Positions 18,419 to 28,690 of a stretch of DNA of 64,000 bases are shown here, in pieces (position 1 is the stretch's first letter; each line of letters starts with the position of its first letter). The DNA lies in IMG/VR virus record IMGVR_UViG_3300042691_027609. The stretch is one strand, 5' to 3'. Position numbers and translations under genes: made by a program. The notes beneath the pieces are model-generated. The model searched no databases, was not told the DNA's origin, and was given only the letters and a program-made list of their open reading frames with translations. The DNA is from a virus.

Positions 18419-18720
18419 TGGCACCAAAAAAATCAGCAGCAGAGGCAGTAGCTGGAGCAGTGAAACCTCCGATCTCGTTTAAAGAGTTTTCCAAAGATCC
18501 TGTAAAAGGATTAATGTTTATTTGTATAATAGCAGTAGGATATTTGTACGTTGACATTAAGATGTCTAACAATGCTATCCAAGAAAAGCAAGATGCTAAG
18601 ATACAACTACTAGAAACCAAAGTAGATCAATTAACAGAAGCACTCAGAAGATCAGATAGCGCATCAAGCGCTTTGGCTTCTAAGATAGCTGTATTACAAC
18701 AATTAGGAAAAATTCAATAA
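18418..18720 (+). CDS. Membrane-anchored coiled-coil protein (lysis block)
   Basis: TM GLMFICIIAVGYLYV followed by coiled coil. Confidence 0.6.
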   Translation: MAPKKSAAEAVAGAVKPPISFKEFSKDPVKGLMFICIIAVGYLYVDIKMSNNAIQEKQDAKIQLLETKVDQLTEALRRSDSASSALASKIAVLQQLGKIQ

Positions 18721-18721
18721 T

Positions 18722-19054
18722 ATGAAATACTTAGTTTTATTGCTATTAATAATAGGTTGCGGAACTAAACAAGACTCTATAACTTTAGAAACCCAAAAAT
18801 TAAATGAAGCAGTTGACTCATTACTTATTAAAAGCCAAAGAAATATTGACTCAGTTTCAGTCCAGCTTACAAAAACTGATAGCGCTGTTGTCGAAAAAGT
18901 AGAAAAAACAGTTCAAAAAATTGAACATTTGGAAATTGAAAATAAACAACTAAAAGAAGAAAATGCGGAACTTAAAACTGAACTTAACAATTCTAAGTCT
19001 TCTGGTAAGCCTTACAAGCTTTTGCCAACAGTACCCAGAAACCAAGGTGATTAA
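18722..19054 (+). CDS. Coiled-coil lipoprotein, spanin candidate
   Basis: MKYLVLLLLIIGC lipobox; overlaps the next gene. Confidence 0.6.
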   Translation: MKYLVLLLLIIGCGTKQDSITLETQKLNEAVDSLLIKSQRNIDSVSVQLTKTDSAVVEKVEKTVQKIEHLEIENKQLKEENAELKTELNNSKSSGKPYKLLPTVPRNQGD

Positions 19055-19391
19055 TGGCAGAGAAGTTGTTATTATGACTGTTGAACAAGCAGACGATATC
19101 AATAAACTATTCGTTGGTTACCAAGATAGCATTAAAGTATTGAATAATAAAATCAACAACTTAGCAAAAGAAGTTAGGTTCGCTTCTAAACAAATAGAAG
19201 CATTAGATGGCACTCTTAACGAAGTAAAAACTGATAATAGCAAAAAAGATCAAGAGATAGTTTATTACAAAGAGCAAATGCGTCGTATTGAAAAACTGGA
19301 ATGGATTGATAAAAGAACTAGAGTAAGAGTTGGAGTTGGTCTCGCAGGCATATTATTAGCATGGACAACATTATTTATATTTTCAAAATAA
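18963..19391 (+). CDS. Secreted coiled-coil protein with C-terminal TM, spanin candidate
   Basis: Signal-like N-terminus, coiled coil, C-terminal GVGLAGILLAWTTLFIF. Confidence 0.55.
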   Translation: MRNLKLNLTILSLLVSLTSFCQQYPETKVINGREVVIMTVEQADDINKLFVGYQDSIKVLNNKINNLAKEVRFASKQIEALDGTLNEVKTDNSKKDQEIVYYKEQMRRIEKLEWIDKRTRVRVGVGLAGILLAWTTLFIFSK

Positions 19392-19394
19392 AAT

Positions 19395-19700
19395 ATGTTT
19401 AGCTATCCCAATTTATGGGTAATTGTAAGTGGTATTGTATTAGGACTTGCTTTTATCACCTCCACAGTATATTACGTTAATAAACTGTTTGTTAGTACCA
19501 CAAAAGACGTCCTTGTTCGTTTTATCATTCTAGTATTCGCTGCTTTAGTTGCTCTATTTATAGTTGATAAGGTCGTTGCGTTTAAGATAAAACTTTTACC
19601 TGACGAACAGAATGCACAGCTGTTTGATTTAATTAAGACTCTAGTACTAATGATATTTAGCTACTATTTTGGAACTCAAAAAAACGATAAAAAAGAATAA
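19395..19700 (+). CDS. Three-TM holin candidate
   Basis: Three hydrophobic helices, YYFG plus charged tail, immediately upstream of the endolysin. Confidence 0.65.
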   Translation: MFSYPNLWVIVSGIVLGLAFITSTVYYVNKLFVSTTKDVLVRFIILVFAALVALFIVDKVVAFKIKLLPDEQNAQLFDLIKTLVLMIFSYYFGTQKNDKKE

Positions 19701-19702
19701 CA

Positions 19703-20302
19703 ATGAATCTACAAAAATTAAAAGGACACGTTCCCGATGCAGTTATAGCTCAATTACCTGACACTATAGCTAAGTTTGAATTGAACACTCCGCTTCGTCT
19801 GGCACACTTTTTAGCGCAAGCTGGTCACGAATCAGGTGGATTTAAAGCAGTGAACGAAAATTTAAATTACGGAGCAAAAGGATTATTAACAATTTTCAAA
19901 AAGTATTTTTCTTCATCAGATAAAGCACTAGCATACGAACGCAAACCAGAGAAGATCGCCAATTTAGTATACGGCGGTAGAATGGGAAACGGCCCTGAAG
20001 CGACAGGTGAAGGATTTAAATTTCGTGGTCGTGGATACATACAATTAACTGGTAAAGATAACTATAGGGCATTTGATGCAATTGTGCCTGAGAATTTGCT
20101 AGAATCACCAGATTTAGTAGCAACTAAATATCCGTTATTATCTGCTGCTTGGTTTTTTCATAAGAACGCACTTCATAAGATTGCTGACAAAGGCGCGACA
20201 GACGCAGTTGTAACTGAGGTTACAAAACGAGTAAATGGAGGAACAATCGGTTTACCAGACAGAATCAAACACTTTAAGGAATATTATTCTCTTCTGACGT
20301 AA
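19703..20302 (+). CDS. Endolysin, glycoside hydrolase family 19
   Basis: RLAHFLAQAGHESGG, ENLNY, FRGRGYIQLTGKDNY, TKRVNGGTIGL. Confidence 0.93.
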   Translation: MNLQKLKGHVPDAVIAQLPDTIAKFELNTPLRLAHFLAQAGHESGGFKAVNENLNYGAKGLLTIFKKYFSSSDKALAYERKPEKIANLVYGGRMGNGPEATGEGFKFRGRGYIQLTGKDNYRAFDAIVPENLLESPDLVATKYPLLSAAWFFHKNALHKIADKGATDAVVTEVTKRVNGGTIGLPDRIKHFKEYYSLLT

Positions 20303-20657
20303 CATCATCAGGAGCAGAATGCGATGAATTATATGGCTCGTACGAATTATAAGAACCGTATGAGCCATTATTATGTTGTGGCGTGTTTTTACTAATTATC
20401 ATCTTCACAACGCCTTCAGAAGTTATAAAACCCAATCCAGATAATATTATATAAAAATCGTATTCTAATACAGTGCCTAAAGAATCTAATAGGTCTTTCT
20501 CAACACGACCTTTTGGCAAGTACATAATTACGTAACACACTAGAAAAAGAATAACAAAAGAGGCCAAAATAAAGTGTAAAGCCACCAACAAAGTTATCAG
20601 TCTCTTAGACGATGTAGGATCATTCGCGCTTAAAATATTTTTCCAAAAACTTTTCAT
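20274..20657 (-). CDS. Membrane protein, holin/antiholin-like; the only clear minus-strand gene
   Basis: SSKRL followed by two TM segments; ATATTTAT on the minus strand at 20665-20672. Confidence 0.7.
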   Translation of the reverse strand: MKSFWKNILSANDPTSSKRLITLLVALHFILASFVILFLVCYVIMYLPKGRVEKDLLDSLGTVLEYDFYIILSGLGFITSEGVVKMIISKNTPQHNNGSYGSYNSYEPYNSSHSAPDDVTSEENNIP

Positions 20658-20727
20658 ACCAAATATAAATATTGACTATAGCGAAGATTATTATGTATAT
20701 TAAATGTATTAACAAATAACACTTTTT

Positions 20728-21051
20728 ATGGCTTGTCACAATGTATACATGAAAAATGAAGATGAATTTTTTGAGAAGATGAAAGCGAGAGATTCTGAAT
20801 TGATACTAAAAATGGTTAAGTGCGTTATAAGCGCGCATAAAAGAAAAAGAGAGAAAATTAATATTTTTGATATAGTATTCAAAGATACAACATCTATGAC
20901 TTTTGCGATGGAAAAATCTGAATATAAAAAATTCCTTGAGAACTGTATGCAAGACATGATAAACATAGAAGAGTATGAAATATGTTCTGAGATAAAAAAA
21001 ATTATCACAAGAAAACCAAGACAATCTAAAAATAAAACTGCTACCGAATAA
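20728..21051 (+). CDS. Hypothetical protein with C-terminal UVR-like helix
   Basis: IEEYEICSEIKKII. Confidence 0.6.
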   Translation: MACHNVYMKNEDEFFEKMKARDSELILKMVKCVISAHKRKREKINIFDIVFKDTTSMTFAMEKSEYKKFLENCMQDMINIEEYEICSEIKKIITRKPRQSKNKTATE

Positions 21052-21101
21052 TAAAGCTATTAACAAAAAAAATTTTTTTATACATTTATAAAAACATAAT
21101 T

Positions 21102-21335
21102 ATGGATCAACAACAAGTAAAACTAAATTTTAGTCTTGATAAGACTACTGGTATTGAATGTGAAAAGTGTGGAAGCCAAACGTTTCAAGAGTCTATGCTA
21201 ATTAGGAAAGCATCAAAATTTCTAACAGGTACAGCTCAAGATGCAATTATTCCTATTCCAACATTCTGTTGCACTCAATGCGGTCACGTTAACGAAGAGT
21301 TTCTACCAGCAGATTTAAAACCAAAAATTCAATAA
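21102..21335 (+). CDS. Zinc-ribbon protein
   Basis: CEKCG...CTQCG. Confidence 0.7.
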   Translation: MDQQQVKLNFSLDKTTGIECEKCGSQTFQESMLIRKASKFLTGTAQDAIIPIPTFCCTQCGHVNEEFLPADLKPKIQ

Positions 21336-21338
21336 TAA

Positions 21339-21602
21339 ATGTACACTAAAGACTGTCGAGTTGTAGATTACAATCCACAAAATTCTAGAACTGTACTTAA
21401 GACTGACACAATAGTAGATTCTATTATTGATAAGTTTATAAACAGAGCTGAGGTAGGTAAAGCAAAATACAAAAAAGATTTAGATAGAAGCGATCTAAGT
21501 TTAGATGAGTGGTTGAATCACGCTATCGAAGAACACATGGATGCTATACTCTATTTACAAAAAATAAAATCAGTTATAGGTGGCACCAAAACAAGACTAT
21601 AA
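21339..21602 (+). CDS. Small MazG-like all-alpha protein
   Basis: R.EVG..KY...L.R......WL.HA.EE.MD..LYL pattern. Confidence 0.6.
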   Translation: MYTKDCRVVDYNPQNSRTVLKTDTIVDSIIDKFINRAEVGKAKYKKDLDRSDLSLDEWLNHAIEEHMDAILYLQKIKSVIGGTKTRL

Positions 21603-22482
21603 TATAGATTGGGCTACTCAAAAAGGAATAAGTTATTCTCAATATTCTTTGTACAACCAGTGTCAATTTCGGTGGTATCTCCAATATGTTAAGAAGATAA
21701 AGATTTTTGAGCCATCTATTCACTTAGTTTTTGGATCGTCTTTTCATGAAGCTTTTCAAGAGTACATAAAAATAATGTACGAGCAATCTGCAAAAGCTGC
21801 TAACGAATTTGATATAGAAACTTTTTTGAAGGAGCGTATGATCGAAAACTATAAGGAGATATACGAAGGAAATAACAACACGCATTTCGCTAAACCTAAC
21901 GATTTTAAAGAATTTATAGATCAAGGAGTTACAATATTAGAATGGATAAAAAAGAGAAGGGGTGACTATTTCAGTTTAAAAAATACCAAATTAGTTGGCA
22001 TAGAAATACCAATCAGAAATGTTATAACTGAGTCCATTCCTAATGTGTTTGTTATAGGATCGATAGATCTAATCATGTACGAAAAAAATACTGATTCTTA
22101 CACCATATATGACATAAAAACTTCAACAAGAGGTTGGAACGAAAACGATAAGCGAGACAAAATAAAGCTCAACCAAATTTTACTGTACAAATACTACTAT
22201 GCACAAAAAATAGGAGTTCCGATAGAAAAGATTGACGTTAAGTTTTTTATAGTTAAGAGAAAACCATTTGAGAACCCAGATTTTCCAGTTTATAGAGTAC
22301 AGGAGTTTAGTCCAGCTAACGGAAAAAAGAAAGTTGAATCTGCAATTGAAGATTTCAAAATGTTTGTTAATAGTTGCTATGATCTATCTGGGAATCTTAT
22401 AGAAAGAGACTATCCTAAAAATCTATCTTCGTGTATGTATTGTCCCTTCAATAACAAATCAGATCTTTGTAATAGACAATAA
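21580..22482 (+). CDS. PD-(D/E)XK nuclease, RecB/Cas4-like
   Basis: SYSQ...C, GSSFHE, GSIDL, YDIKT, Q..LY and C-terminal CxxCx8C. Confidence 0.85.
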   Translation: MAPKQDYNIDWATQKGISYSQYSLYNQCQFRWYLQYVKKIKIFEPSIHLVFGSSFHEAFQEYIKIMYEQSAKAANEFDIETFLKERMIENYKEIYEGNNNTHFAKPNDFKEFIDQGVTILEWIKKRRGDYFSLKNTKLVGIEIPIRNVITESIPNVFVIGSIDLIMYEKNTDSYTIYDIKTSTRGWNENDKRDKIKLNQILLYKYYYAQKIGVPIEKIDVKFFIVKRKPFENPDFPVYRVQEFSPANGKKKVESAIEDFKMFVNSCYDLSGNLIERDYPKNLSSCMYCPFNNKSDLCNRQ

Positions 22483-22538
22483 AAATAAATTTTCTTATTT
22501 ATGTATTTATTATTTATATTTACGTATATTTATTATAA

Positions 22539-22763
22539 ATGATAGACATGAACACATCAAAAAGAGTAATCACATCGGTAAAAATACCTGATAACTTGTA
22601 TGAAGATTTTAAAATCGTTAATGTTAGAACAAAAATGAACTTGCAAGACCTTGTTGAAAGATCAATATTTTTGTATTTGACTGACTCTTCTTATAGACAA
22701 GTAGTACACAATCAATTTAACACTTACTACACTGGTAGTGATATTTTAAACGCAGTAAAATAA
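22539..22763 (+). CDS. Ribbon-helix-helix-like DNA-binding protein
   Basis: TSVKIPDNLYEDFK...LQDLVERSI pattern; heads the glycosylation block. Confidence 0.55.
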   Translation: MIDMNTSKRVITSVKIPDNLYEDFKIVNVRTKMNLQDLVERSIFLYLTDSSYRQVVHNQFNTYYTGSDILNAVK

Positions 22764-22767
22764 AATT

Positions 22768-24210
22768 ATGATAGAAGGTTATATTCCAAAAGATCAAAGA
22801 AAAAAAATATTATTATTATGCGATGATATAAGAATGACATCAGGCATATCAACAATTGCAAGAGAAATAGTAGTCGGTACTTCACACAAATATAATTGGG
22901 TTAATTTAGGTGGTGCTATAAACCATCCTGATCAAGGTAAGAGACTTGATTTGTGTCAAGATACGAATAATATCTTAGGCATCAATGATTCATCTGTATT
23001 CGTATATCCTATATCTGGTTATGGATCACCAGAAGCGGTTAGACAAATGATAAAGATGGAAAAGCCAGATGTTATAATGATGTTTACTGATCCAAGATAT
23101 TGGATTTGGTTATTTCAAATGGAAAACGAAATAAGAAAAAACATACCCATAGTTTATTTAAATATTTGGGATGATTTACCCGCTCCTATATACAACAAAT
23201 CGTATTACGAATCATGCGATACGCTATTAGCAATTTCTAAACAGACTAAAAATATCAATGAATTGGTATTGGGAGATAAGGCTAAAGATAAGATTATAGA
23301 ATATTTACCGCACGGTATAAATGAAAAAATGTTTTATCCAATAAACGAATTCATGACTGATGATTACAAAAGATTACAAGACAAGAGACAAGAGCTGTTT
23401 GGAAACGATATTCCAGAGTATGTAGTTTTTTATAACGCTAGAAACATTCGAAGAAAATCTACCTCAGATTTAATCGCAGCATATTCTCAGTTTTGTGATT
23501 CTATAGGAAAAGAAAAAGCAAAAAAATGTAGATTGTTACTGCACACAGATCCCGCGGACGAAAATGGTACAGACTTGCCAGCAGTTATAAATTTGCTTTG
23601 CGATCCTGAATATCAAAAAGTTACATTTACAAAAGGCAGAACGTCAACATTTGACATCAATTTATATTACAATTTAGCCGATGTTACTTGTTTAATATCA
23701 TCAAACGAAGGATGGGGATTATCTCTAACAGAATCGATGATGTGTGGTAAAATGATCATTGGTAATGTAAGTGGCGGTATGCAAGATCAAATGAGATTTG
23801 AAGATGAGAATGGAAATTGGATTAATTTCAATAAAAACTTTTGTTCAAACCATTTCGGAAAATATAAAAAGTGCGGAGATTGGGTAATCCCGGTTTTTCC
23901 AAGCAACCACAGCATTGTTGGATCAATACCAACTCCGTATATATTTGACGATAGAGCAGACTTCAGAGAAGTTGCAAAAGCTATCCAACAAGTATACGAA
24001 ATGCCTATAGAAGAGAGAAATAAACGAGGAATGAACGGTAGAAAATGGGTTCAGTCAGATGAATCTGGTATGAGCGCAAGAAAAATGTGCGAAAAATTTT
24101 CAACAACCATTGAAAAAACATTGGAAAAATTTGAACCAAGACAAGACTTTGAACTTATTAAAATAGATAAATTGCCAAGAAAAAAATTATTACATCCACT
24201 AACATATTAA
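22768..24210 (+). CDS. Glycosyltransferase, GT-B (GT4-like)
   Basis: SGIS, PHGIN, RNIRRK, SSNEGWGLSLTESM. Confidence 0.88.
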   Translation: MIEGYIPKDQRKKILLLCDDIRMTSGISTIAREIVVGTSHKYNWVNLGGAINHPDQGKRLDLCQDTNNILGINDSSVFVYPISGYGSPEAVRQMIKMEKPDVIMMFTDPRYWIWLFQMENEIRKNIPIVYLNIWDDLPAPIYNKSYYESCDTLLAISKQTKNINELVLGDKAKDKIIEYLPHGINEKMFYPINEFMTDDYKRLQDKRQELFGNDIPEYVVFYNARNIRRKSTSDLIAAYSQFCDSIGKEKAKKCRLLLHTDPADENGTDLPAVINLLCDPEYQKVTFTKGRTSTFDINLYYNLADVTCLISSNEGWGLSLTESMMCGKMIIGNVSGGMQDQMRFEDENGNWINFNKNFCSNHFGKYKKCGDWVIPVFPSNHSIVGSIPTPYIFDDRADFREVAKAIQQVYEMPIEERNKRGMNGRKWVQSDESGMSARKMCEKFSTTIEKTLEKFEPRQDFELIKIDKLPRKKLLHPLTY

Positions 24211-24211
24211 T

Positions 24212-25531
24212 ATGAATAAACAGTATTGCGTTATATCGTGTCCAATTGACACATATTCAGGTTACGGAGCAAGAGCTAGAGATTTCGTTAAAGCTTTATA
24301 TGAACTTAAAAAAGATGAATGGGATATACAAATATTATCTCAACGTTGGGGAAGCACGCCTTGGAATTACATAGAAAATAATAAATCAGATTGGGAATGG
24401 ATTTTACCTCTCATCAATCAAAATAACCAGTTAACACAACAACCCGACATCTGGATTCAGATAACTGTACCTAACGAATTTCAACCTATAGGTAAATACA
24501 ATATCGGAGTTACTGCAGGTATAGAAACTACAATATGCGATGCGACATGGATAGATGGTATAAATAGGATGAATTTAACGTTAGTGTCTTCAACACACGC
24601 TAAAGCAGTATTTGAAAACACAATCTTTGAAGAGAGACATAAAGAGACAAACCAAGTTGTTAGACAAGTAAAATTAGAAAAGCCAATAGAAGTATTATTC
24701 GAAGGCGTTGACACTAGTAAGTTTTATTTTGTAGAAGAATCTAATTTACAGAAGACAAAACTAGTTAATAGTTTATCAGAAATAAAAGAATCATTTTGTT
24801 ATCTGTTTGTTGGTCATTGGTTGCCTGGAGACATCGGAGAAGATAGAAAAAATGTGGGTTTATTGATACATACGTTTTTAGATACATTTAAAGATAAAAA
24901 ATCACAACCAGCATTAATACTAAAAACAGCTGGAGCTGGATCTTGCATAATGGATAGAGATATGATGTTAGAAAAAATTAACTCTATAAGAAATGCGGTT
25001 GACAGTAAAAATTTGCCTAATATATATTTGCTTCATGGCGAAATTAAAGACGAAGAGATGAATAATTTATATAATCATCCAAAAGTTAAAGCCATGGTAA
25101 ATCTTACAAAAGGCGAGGGTTTTGGTCGTCCGTTGTTGGAGTTTACTACATCAAAAAAACCACTAATAGTATCAAATTGGTCTGGTCACACAGATTTTCT
25201 TGATAATGAATTCTCATGCATGGTTAATGGAGAAATCAAACAGATTCATCCATCCGCAGTTGTTCAAAATATCTTAATACCAGAATCAGGTTGGTTCAAT
25301 CCTGATATTAATCAAGTTAAATATTTCCTTAAAGACGTTTTTGAAAATTACGAAAAATACATTGATAAAGCAAAGCGTCAATCATACAAATGCAAAACTC
25401 AATTTTCATTTGATAAAATGAAAGAATTACTGAGCATTATTATCGAACAAGTACCTAAAAAACAGCAATTAAAATTGCCAACGCTTAAAAAAATTGAACT
25501 GCCAAAACTAAAAAAAGAACAATCAATATGA
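24212..25531 (+). CDS. Glycosyltransferase, GT-B (GT4-like)
   Basis: YSGYG, DRKN, TKGEGFGRPLLE. Confidence 0.88.
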   Translation: MNKQYCVISCPIDTYSGYGARARDFVKALYELKKDEWDIQILSQRWGSTPWNYIENNKSDWEWILPLINQNNQLTQQPDIWIQITVPNEFQPIGKYNIGVTAGIETTICDATWIDGINRMNLTLVSSTHAKAVFENTIFEERHKETNQVVRQVKLEKPIEVLFEGVDTSKFYFVEESNLQKTKLVNSLSEIKESFCYLFVGHWLPGDIGEDRKNVGLLIHTFLDTFKDKKSQPALILKTAGAGSCIMDRDMMLEKINSIRNAVDSKNLPNIYLLHGEIKDEEMNNLYNHPKVKAMVNLTKGEGFGRPLLEFTTSKKPLIVSNWSGHTDFLDNEFSCMVNGEIKQIHPSAVVQNILIPESGWFNPDINQVKYFLKDVFENYEKYIDKAKRQSYKCKTQFSFDKMKELLSIIIEQVPKKQQLKLPTLKKIELPKLKKEQSI

Positions 25532-25728
25532 CACCAAATGAATTTGTAATATGGTTTAAAGGATTTGCAGAAGCTGCGAATAATTTTACTTTGACGCCTA
25601 AACAGTGGGATGATGTAAAAGATAAACTAAACGATGTTGTCTTAGATAATCAAATAAGAGGAGGTAGATACTATTTAGATAATACTAATTGGAATGTAAA
25701 TACAACAAATAAAATAACAAATGATTGA
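25528..25728 (+). CDS. Hypothetical protein
   Basis: MTPNEFVIWFKGF; overlapping starts/stops on both sides. Confidence 0.65.
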   Translation: MTPNEFVIWFKGFAEAANNFTLTPKQWDDVKDKLNDVVLDNQIRGGRYYLDNTNWNVNTTNKITND

Positions 25729-26173
25729 TAAACTAATTGATTGCCCGCTATGCAAAGAAAAAGCATCGTGTTATTGCTCTCCGCTAAATGAAAAACATTT
25801 AGCATACTCGTGTTTTGGCTGTGGATATTCAAGCAACGATTTAATGAAAGATAATGAGTTTGATATTGAGCAGTTTGAAGAAACATTACCTGAATTGTAT
25901 AAAGATCTTAAAAAAGTGGATGATAAGGGTCGATATTGGTATCCACAAGCGATAAATATTGTGGGAAAAGGTACTGTATTCGCAAACGGAAAAACAAACA
26001 ATTCTTGGCAATGGTCTGCAATAAAAAGCGTAGCGTTAACAGAAGAAGAGAAGAAACAACCAAAATTTAAAAATCAAACACACAAATCAGATTCTTCAAC
26101 ATTAAAATCATTTGAAAAAGATTTTATAGAAGCTCTAGATTATATAGGATTCTTTTCTGTAGATTTAATGTAA
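25721..26173 (+). CDS. Hypothetical protein with N-terminal Zn ribbon
   Basis: CPLC...CFGCG. Confidence 0.7.
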   Translation: MIDKLIDCPLCKEKASCYCSPLNEKHLAYSCFGCGYSSNDLMKDNEFDIEQFEETLPELYKDLKKVDDKGRYWYPQAINIVGKGTVFANGKTNNSWQWSAIKSVALTEEEKKQPKFKNQTHKSDSSTLKSFEKDFIEALDYIGFFSVDLM

Positions 26174-26186
26174 AAAAATAAAAGCA

Positions 26187-26804
26187 ATGAAAATAAGTTA
26201 CGCTATACCTGTTTGCAACGAGCACGTTGAAATTAAAATGTTATTGACTCTACTTTTACAATACAAAAGAAGCGAAGATGAAATAGTAGTACAATGCGAT
26301 CAACAGAACACTACTAAAGAAGTATATGACGTACTTAATGAATTTGGAAACTTAATTCGGGTGTGTCAATTTCCACTCAAAGGAAACTTTGCTGCATTTA
26401 AAAACAATTTGAAAGCCAACTGTCAAGGAGATTGGATATTTCAAATTGACGCAGATGAAATGCTAAGCGATTGGTTTATAGAAAACCTTCCAACAATACT
26501 CATAGATAATCCAGAAATTCAACTCTTTTGTCTACCGCGAATTAATACTGTGGATGGATTAACTCAAGATCACATACAAAAATGGGGATGGAGAGTTAAC
26601 GAAAATGGTTGGATAAATTTCCCAGATGTTCAAACGCGAATAATTCAAAATTCTCCAAAAATTTGTTGGGTCGGTAAAGTCCACGAAGTTATATACGGAC
26701 ATAGCTCACAAGCAGTTTTACCTTTTTTAGAAGAATATTGTATAATACACAAAAAAGATATTAAAAGACAGGAAATTCAAAACACACTATACTCAATGAT
26801 ATGA
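26187..26804 (+). CDS. Glycosyltransferase family 2
   Basis: ISYAIPVCNE, WIFQIDADE, VHE. Confidence 0.88.
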   Translation: MKISYAIPVCNEHVEIKMLLTLLLQYKRSEDEIVVQCDQQNTTKEVYDVLNEFGNLIRVCQFPLKGNFAAFKNNLKANCQGDWIFQIDADEMLSDWFIENLPTILIDNPEIQLFCLPRINTVDGLTQDHIQKWGWRVNENGWINFPDVQTRIIQNSPKICWVGKVHEVIYGHSSQAVLPFLEEYCIIHKKDIKRQEIQNTLYSMI

Positions 26805-27772
26805 AAATAGCATTAATAACAGGCATAAATGGACAAGATGGATCATATCTCGCTGAATATTTAATTGAGTTAGGTTATGAGGTTCACGGCATTCTTAAAA
26901 GAAATTCAGTAGCTGAAAATCAAACAGCGAGATTAGATAAAATATTTAATAAACTAACTTTGCATTACGCTGATATGACAGATATATCTTCGTTATATAG
27001 AGTGATAAAATTAATAAATCCAAATGAAATATATAATTTAGCTGCTCAATCTCACGTTAGAATATCATTCGATCAACCTATATACACAGTTAATGCAACT
27101 GGAATAAGTGTATTGAATTTATTAGAAGCAGTAAAAGAAATAAATCCTACGATAAAAATATATCAAGCATCTTCATCAGAGATGTTTGGAAATTGTATAG
27201 ACGCAGACGGTTTTCAAAGAGAATCAACACCAATGAACCCAGTTTCTCCATATGGTTGTGCGAAAGTTTTTGCTTACAATATCAGTAGAAATTATCGACA
27301 TTCATATAATTTATATGTATCAAACGGAATACTATTTAATCACGAATCACCTAGAAGAGGAACTAATTTTGTAACAAATAAAGTTTGTAAAGAAGCGGTA
27401 AAAATAAAGTTGGGCATATCTGATCAATTAAAATTAGGTAATTTGGATGCGACTAGAGATTGGGGACACGCTAAGGATTATGTAAAAGCAATGCATCAAA
27501 TTCTACAATTGGACGAACCCAATGACTTTGTATGCGCAACTGGGATCTCCCATTCAGTAAAACAATTATGCGAATACGTATTTTCTAAATTAGAGTTAGA
27601 TTGGAAAAAATATGTGATACAAGATGAGAAATTTTTGAGACCAGAAGAATTAAATGATTTAAAGGGAGACGCTTCTAAATTAATAAAATACACAGGTTGG
27701 GAACCAACATACACTTTCGAATCGATGTTAGATGAAATGATTTTTTACTGGATAAAATATTATAAAAAATGA
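26801..27772 (+). CDS. gmd: GDP-mannose 4,6-dehydratase
   Basis: ITGINGQDGSYLAE, NLAAQSHV, YQASSSEMFG, SPYGCAK, LFNHESPRRG. Confidence 0.97.
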   Translation: MKIALITGINGQDGSYLAEYLIELGYEVHGILKRNSVAENQTARLDKIFNKLTLHYADMTDISSLYRVIKLINPNEIYNLAAQSHVRISFDQPIYTVNATGISVLNLLEAVKEINPTIKIYQASSSEMFGNCIDADGFQRESTPMNPVSPYGCAKVFAYNISRNYRHSYNLYVSNGILFNHESPRRGTNFVTNKVCKEAVKIKLGISDQLKLGNLDATRDWGHAKDYVKAMHQILQLDEPNDFVCATGISHSVKQLCEYVFSKLELDWKKYVIQDEKFLRPEELNDLKGDASKLIKYTGWEPTYTFESMLDEMIFYWIKYYKK

Positions 27773-28674
27773 ATAAAATAGTAATAACCGGTGGAACCGG
27801 TTTAATAGGATCAGCATTTAAAAACGGGAAGAAATTTGGGTCAAAACAATATGACTTAAGATCAAGTATAGAGACAGATCGTATGTTTCAAGAACATAAT
27901 CCGGATATAGTTATTCACGCTGCAGCTAGAGTTGGCGGAGTAGGAGCCAATATACAATATCCAGCAGATTTCTATTATGATAATATAACAATGAATACGA
28001 ATATTATACACTCGTGTTTTCAACATAAAGTCAAAAAACTTGTGTGTTTTTTATCAACCTGCGTTTTTCCTGATAAAATAGATTATCCATTAACAGAAGA
28101 TAAGATACACAGTGGAGAACCTCATTCGACTAACTCTTCATACGCTTATGCAAAAAGAATGGCAGATATACAAATTAAAGCATATAATAAGCAATATTTG
28201 ACAAATTATTTTTCAGTAATTCCATGTAATGTATATGGAATCAACGATAATTTTAATTTAGAAAACGCTCATGTTATTCCTACGCTAATACATAAATGTT
28301 GGCTCGCTAAGCAAAATAATCAACCTTTTGAAGTTTGGGGAAATGGATCAGCACTTAGAGAGTTTGTATTCGCTGAAGATATGGCAGATATAGTAATGAA
28401 ATTAGTGGATGTTTACGAAGGAACAGATCCGATAATAATATCAAATCCTAAAGAGTATTCAATAAAAGATGTTGTAGATCTAATAGTAAAATATATGGAG
28501 TTTGAAGGGGAAGTGAAATGGTTATTGGATAAACCAAACGGTCAACACAGAAAACCATCATCGAATAAAAAATTATTGGAGATAATAGGAGATTATAATT
28601 TTACTACTTTAGAAATAGGTTTAAAAAAGACAATAGATTGGTTTAAATTAAATTACGAAACAATTAGAAAATAA
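27769..28674 (+). CDS. fcl: GDP-L-fucose synthase family epimerase/reductase
   Basis: AARVGGVGAN, STCVFP, YAYAK, PCNVYG, HVIP, WGNGSALREF. Confidence 0.92.
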   Translation: MNKIVITGGTGLIGSAFKNGKKFGSKQYDLRSSIETDRMFQEHNPDIVIHAAARVGGVGANIQYPADFYYDNITMNTNIIHSCFQHKVKKLVCFLSTCVFPDKIDYPLTEDKIHSGEPHSTNSSYAYAKRMADIQIKAYNKQYLTNYFSVIPCNVYGINDNFNLENAHVIPTLIHKCWLAKQNNQPFEVWGNGSALREFVFAEDMADIVMKLVDVYEGTDPIIISNPKEYSIKDVVDLIVKYMEFEGEVKWLLDKPNGQHRKPSSNKKLLEIIGDYNFTTLEIGLKKTIDWFKLNYETIRK

Positions 28675-28690
28675 AAAACAACGGTATAAT

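Noticed and set aside
21580-22482. Cas4-like nuclease as evidence of a CRISPR-Cas system
   Set aside because: No array or other cas genes seen; solo PD-(D/E)XK nucleases are common in phages
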